Source: Pocillopora damicornis
Taxonomy: Eukaryota
Assembly: GCF_003704095.1 (NCBI RefSeq)
Contig: NW_020846227.1
Location: 434,001 to 498,000, forward strand
Length of the DNA stretch: 64,000 nt
Reading direction: 5' to 3'
Shown here one piece after another: positions 60,012 to 64,000 of the stretch. Numbering within the stretch: the stretch's first letter is position 1; each line of letters begins with the position of its first letter. Below the pieces are notes generated by a model. That model was not told the origin of the DNA. It made no database searches and worked only from the letters and a program-made list of their open reading frames with translations. The position numbers and the translations under genes are program-made.

Positions 60012-61205
60012 ATGGAGAGCAATGAGAGAAAATTACTCATGGAAGAATCCGAGAGCCGTGTCATTAAATGTGTGATCGTGGGAGACGGCGGAGTTGGTAA
60101 AACTTCCTTGCTTATAAGCTACCTTATGAACGGATTTCCCAACGATTATATTCCGACGGCTTTTGACGACTACAGTGGTAGGTCGAGGTTACGAATGAGT
60201 TCTTGATGGCCATGTTTCTGCGGTGAAGAGAATTCTCGTGCCATTCATTATTTATTTTGTTGTTATTTCAGTGTCGGTAAAAGTCGATAAGGTGCCTTAT
60301 TCACTGCAATTCTGCGATACTGCAGGACAGGTAAGTCGCTTTTGTTTCGAAATTATTTATTTCGATTTTACTTTCCCTGAGATCTGTTGCATTTATGTCG
60401 TAATTCTTCTATTTGCAATAAAATTAAGTAAATAAAAGACTGTGTTAAAATTTGTAAAATGCCTTGTGAATTCATGGTTCGTGACAGGGGTTTAATTACT
60501 AGCACAGTAAGCAATGTGTTTCTTTTTTAATAATTTATCAAACCGTTTCGGTTCAATGAAACATATTCTTTCGTTGTATATTGATTTAATGCTCAATTAA
60601 GCTAGCAATTGAACGAAGTTAAGAAATATGCCGATCAAAGTTACCTCACACAAGTCTCAAGGAGCGCGATGTAATTGCCTCGTCTTGAAAGAACACAAAG
60701 TTTAAAACAGTTTGTTTACATTGCAAAAGTGTCTTAATTTGCATGCGCTATCTAGTTGTTATGTTGAATATTATATTGTTTATTTTGCAAATTTAAGGAG
60801 GACTTTGACTCTCTCCGGCCGCTCTGTTATCCATCAACAGACGTTTTTATTGTTTGCTTTTCCGTGGTTTCGCCGACATCTTTCGCAAATGTTGCACAAA
60901 AATGGCTCCCTGAAATACGTGGCTATTCGTCAAATGTTCCTGTCATCCTTGTAGGAACACACTGTGATTTGAGAGCGAACGTTCAAGAACTAATACGCCT
61001 TTCTGACCTTGGACAAGGACCTATTACGCCGCAGAAAGCCGAGAGCCTAGTCAAGAAGGCAGGGGTCGTTTGCTATATTGAAACTTCAGCAGTAACTCAG
61101 AAGAACTTGAAATCCGTTTTTGATGAAGCAATTATTAGCGGATTAAGACCACCAACGTCTTCAAGAAGAAGTGACCTCAAAGGTTGCGCTTGTACTGTGA
61201 TGTAA
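60012..61205 (+). CDS. RHOU: Rho-family small GTPase, RhoU/RhoV (Wrch/Chp) class, 210 aa. Exons 60012-60177, 60272-60330, 60798-61205
   Basis: [48 protein letters not shown] and [15 protein letters not shown] include the RhoU/V-type PTAFD, CDTAGQ and GTxxDLR variants. The protein ends in CTVM. Confidence 0.88.
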
Positions 61206-62359
61206 TACTGTAACACGCTTCACCTGTTTCCTATTTGGTTCTCAAGTTTCGGGTTTGACGTAACTTTCTTGAGAATATACTTGTCAGCAACCGTTAAAAT
61301 ATCACAGTGATATCACTGTTGGAAATAATATAATTGGTTATGAAATATTTATTTATAATTTTTTTAAAGACCACGTTTCAATCATGCGCTCAAAGCGGAC
61401 CACAAAGGAGACATTAATTTCCTGTTATGTTAAAAGGGAAGTGGAGACAAAAATAATTTGCTATTTATATTCTTTTCTGAAGGAAATTGTGGTCTTTTTA
61501 AAAGGGAACCAACATAAAAAAAATTAGCCCGCCAGACTATGTGGCTGTTTTTGCCGTAATTAACGTAATGATTTAAGTAATACATGATGGTGACCCTCTC
61601 AGGAATATTGTTAACATTAAACCGGCCGGCCTGGCATGGTTCAGTGGCTTTCCCTTCATCCATATTTTTAGAACCTTATACTTCATTTTGTCATTGTGTG
61701 ATCAGTATGTTGAAATCAAATGACAGCAATAATTACTGACCCCTATTTTACACTTGGGTGAACAGTCAGGTCTGCAATTTGATTTTAATAAAAGCTAGGT
61801 GCAGGTACTGAGAAGAACACAATATATTTTGCATTGCTCATACTAACCAAAACCACCGGATGACTCTGTGAATAGGTCTTCCTGCTAAAAGCACTATATG
61901 TCATGCAATATTATGTCTCATTTCATGTATTAATTGAGTTCACAGACTCAACAGGAAATAAATTCGAGTACAAAGTTATGGGCAAAAGTGATGCATGCTA
62001 TTTAAAAGTAATTTTAACAAGAATCTTCCTCCAGCAGTGACACACTGTTGAATGGATCCTTAAAATAGACTGGCGGTGGCATATGTAAAGCTTTAGGTGT
62101 CAATCTCAAATCTGCTTTAATTTTCTAATTGGCTTGTGTGATCTGTCAGACTCACTTGAGAAATTAGCCATCAGTGTAACTCATATTAAGTCCCTGCGTC
62201 TGAGCCTTGTCTGAATGAACAAATTAATGCAATATGTCAGAAAACTTAATACTGGATAGTGACCCATCCAAGAACAATAGCTTGATACATCCTTTACTTT
62301 AAGCATCATGCAATTTTCATCGGAACCAATAACTTCTTAACAAATAGACCTCATCTTAC

Positions 62360-62533
62360 CCTGTGTCTGTCCAGTAATAGATCACAGGCGACATTGAAAT
62401 GTAATCAGAACTGAAAAAGTGTTGACGGAAGTTGGTACCCAGTGTGATTGACAGGTCATTCTCGTGAAGAGTGAGCATATGGAGAGAATCACTGTAGTTT
62501 GTGAGTACTAGGGTTGGGTGCAAATCGTAATGC
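62360..62533 (-). CDS. Candidate internal exon of an unidentified gene
   Basis: Pyrimidine-rich acceptor (tattacttag) and GTAAG donor bracket an open phase-2/phase-2 frame, HYDLHPTLVLTNYSDSLHML...SPVIYYWTDTG. I do not recognise a family. Confidence 0.4.
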
Positions 62534-64000
62534 CTAAGTAATAGAATAAACAGTAATAAAGAAGTTTTTTCTGCTGGGAGATTTCTTTTACGAGGGCATT
62601 TCCAAAAGTGAAGGTGCAGCCAATTGCGTCTGTGATATTTTTTCCTCATTTTGATGTCTTCTGTGATCTATTACTGAACACACCCACTACAGAATAGGTT
62701 GTATTTCAGTGTTTTAAATAATAAACAAGCAAAATATTGATAATGGTGATGTCATCTATGCATCTGTCCCCTAAAAGACCATATGTTAAAACCAATCAAA
62801 ATGGGTGTATAAACCTTTACACCATAACACCTGAATGCATATTCTCCATACTGTTCTCTATACATTTCCAATGAGGCTGACAAGGAGAATTTGTGTAACA
62901 ATCAAGAGCTGCTTAAGTTGGTGATCACCTCCTCTATTCTCATAACTTTCATGTTTGATTCAGGGGTGATATTGTGAGGAGAAATTAGATGCTAGTCACT
63001 CTTAGGAGCTAAAGGGATAATTTAGATTGTTACATAATATAATATAATTAGATTGTTACATAATATAATATGTTACATAATATTGACTGGGTGGGTAATC
63101 ATGATTATTTTTACAACAGGCATAACTTTGGATCATAGGGTTATAGCTCAAGTCGTGGCCAACTGAGGCTCAATTTGACTTGATTATGAATTTGTTCTTC
63201 TCCCCTCCACATGCTCCTTGAAAGTGGTGAAAATCAAGCCCATGGCTGGCCTGGTTCATTGACATGTGCTCTCTTTAAGTCACTTCCAAGTAACTTCCTG
63301 TGTTAATAAGTTTAAGTGATACGAATCCTTAACTGGTTCCATAAAGTGTCTCCTATGTACTATGTGTGACCATGGAGTGTCATAGTCAAGTATTCCGTTG
63401 AGTAGCATACAATTACCACAATTGTAGTCTGGACATTTTAAATTGGCTTAGTCCTCACAAATACTCTGACAGAACGATGGGTTGATTAGATTTACGTTTT
63501 GACACATACGGAATCGCAACACAAATATTTATCATTATTATTATTAATATTGCTGACGAGGCCCGTGGGCAATATGAAGCGAATCCAGTGCTCTGACTGG
63601 CTACCCGAGAGGGCAAGATGAGCCCATCTTGCCAATATCCAGCCATCTTGACCTTACGCTTGGTCAATATATACCAAACGAAGCCATAGCTAACGGGTGC
63701 TAAAATGAAGTAAGCATGAAATTCTATTCTTTGTTGCAATTTTTGCGATTTCCTGCTCTCCATATAGTTTTCGGGTGCTTTATTGGTTCCCTTTATACAA
63801 TAATTTTTTTTTCACGGATCCATAAGATGCACCATCTTTCTATTTCCGCTGTGACGTTTCATAGAGCGTGAAATGAAAAGCGGTGATTATTCGAGGGTGG
63901 CGTTTATTTCAAATTCACTCGAAGTAGTATTTCTGAAATTACTAACCGGTTCATGAATAACGGTAAATCATTAGGACAGTAGTTTGTTTTAAGCTCCAAT

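Overview
This is AT-rich, intron-containing eukaryotic genomic DNA with five 100-N scaffold gaps (7486-7585, 15293-15392, 16915-17014, 20505-20604, 46538-46637). Gene and repeat content suggest an anthozoan cnidarian, probably a stony coral (inference). Genes reconstructed by hand from GT-AG exons, in order: the 3' end of pyruvate carboxylase (+); tRNA 2'-phosphotransferase TRPT1 (+); PDCD2 (-); an uncharacterised 174-aa protein (-) with an MGCGSS acylation motif, a PPxY motif, a short hydrophobic segment, a His-rich tract and FDGGG repeats; a ~10 kb cluster of duplicated, mostly decayed genes for a type II membrane collagen/Ig/Caspr-type fibrinogen-like protein; a ~13.5 kb gene desert; FoxG (-); an intronless histamine N-methyltransferase-like gene (-); GSTZ1 (-, small exons largely missed by the ORF track) head-to-head, 106 bp between start codons, with an SLC25A45/48/29-type mitochondrial carrier (+); a RhoU/V GTPase (+); and candidate exons of an unidentified gene (-). 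Repeats include piggyBac-type TTAA MITEs, other MITEs, SINE-like relics and Penelope-type inverted repeats with minimal hammerhead ribozyme motifs. I found no CRISPR arrays, rRNA or tRNA genes, or prokaryotic systems.
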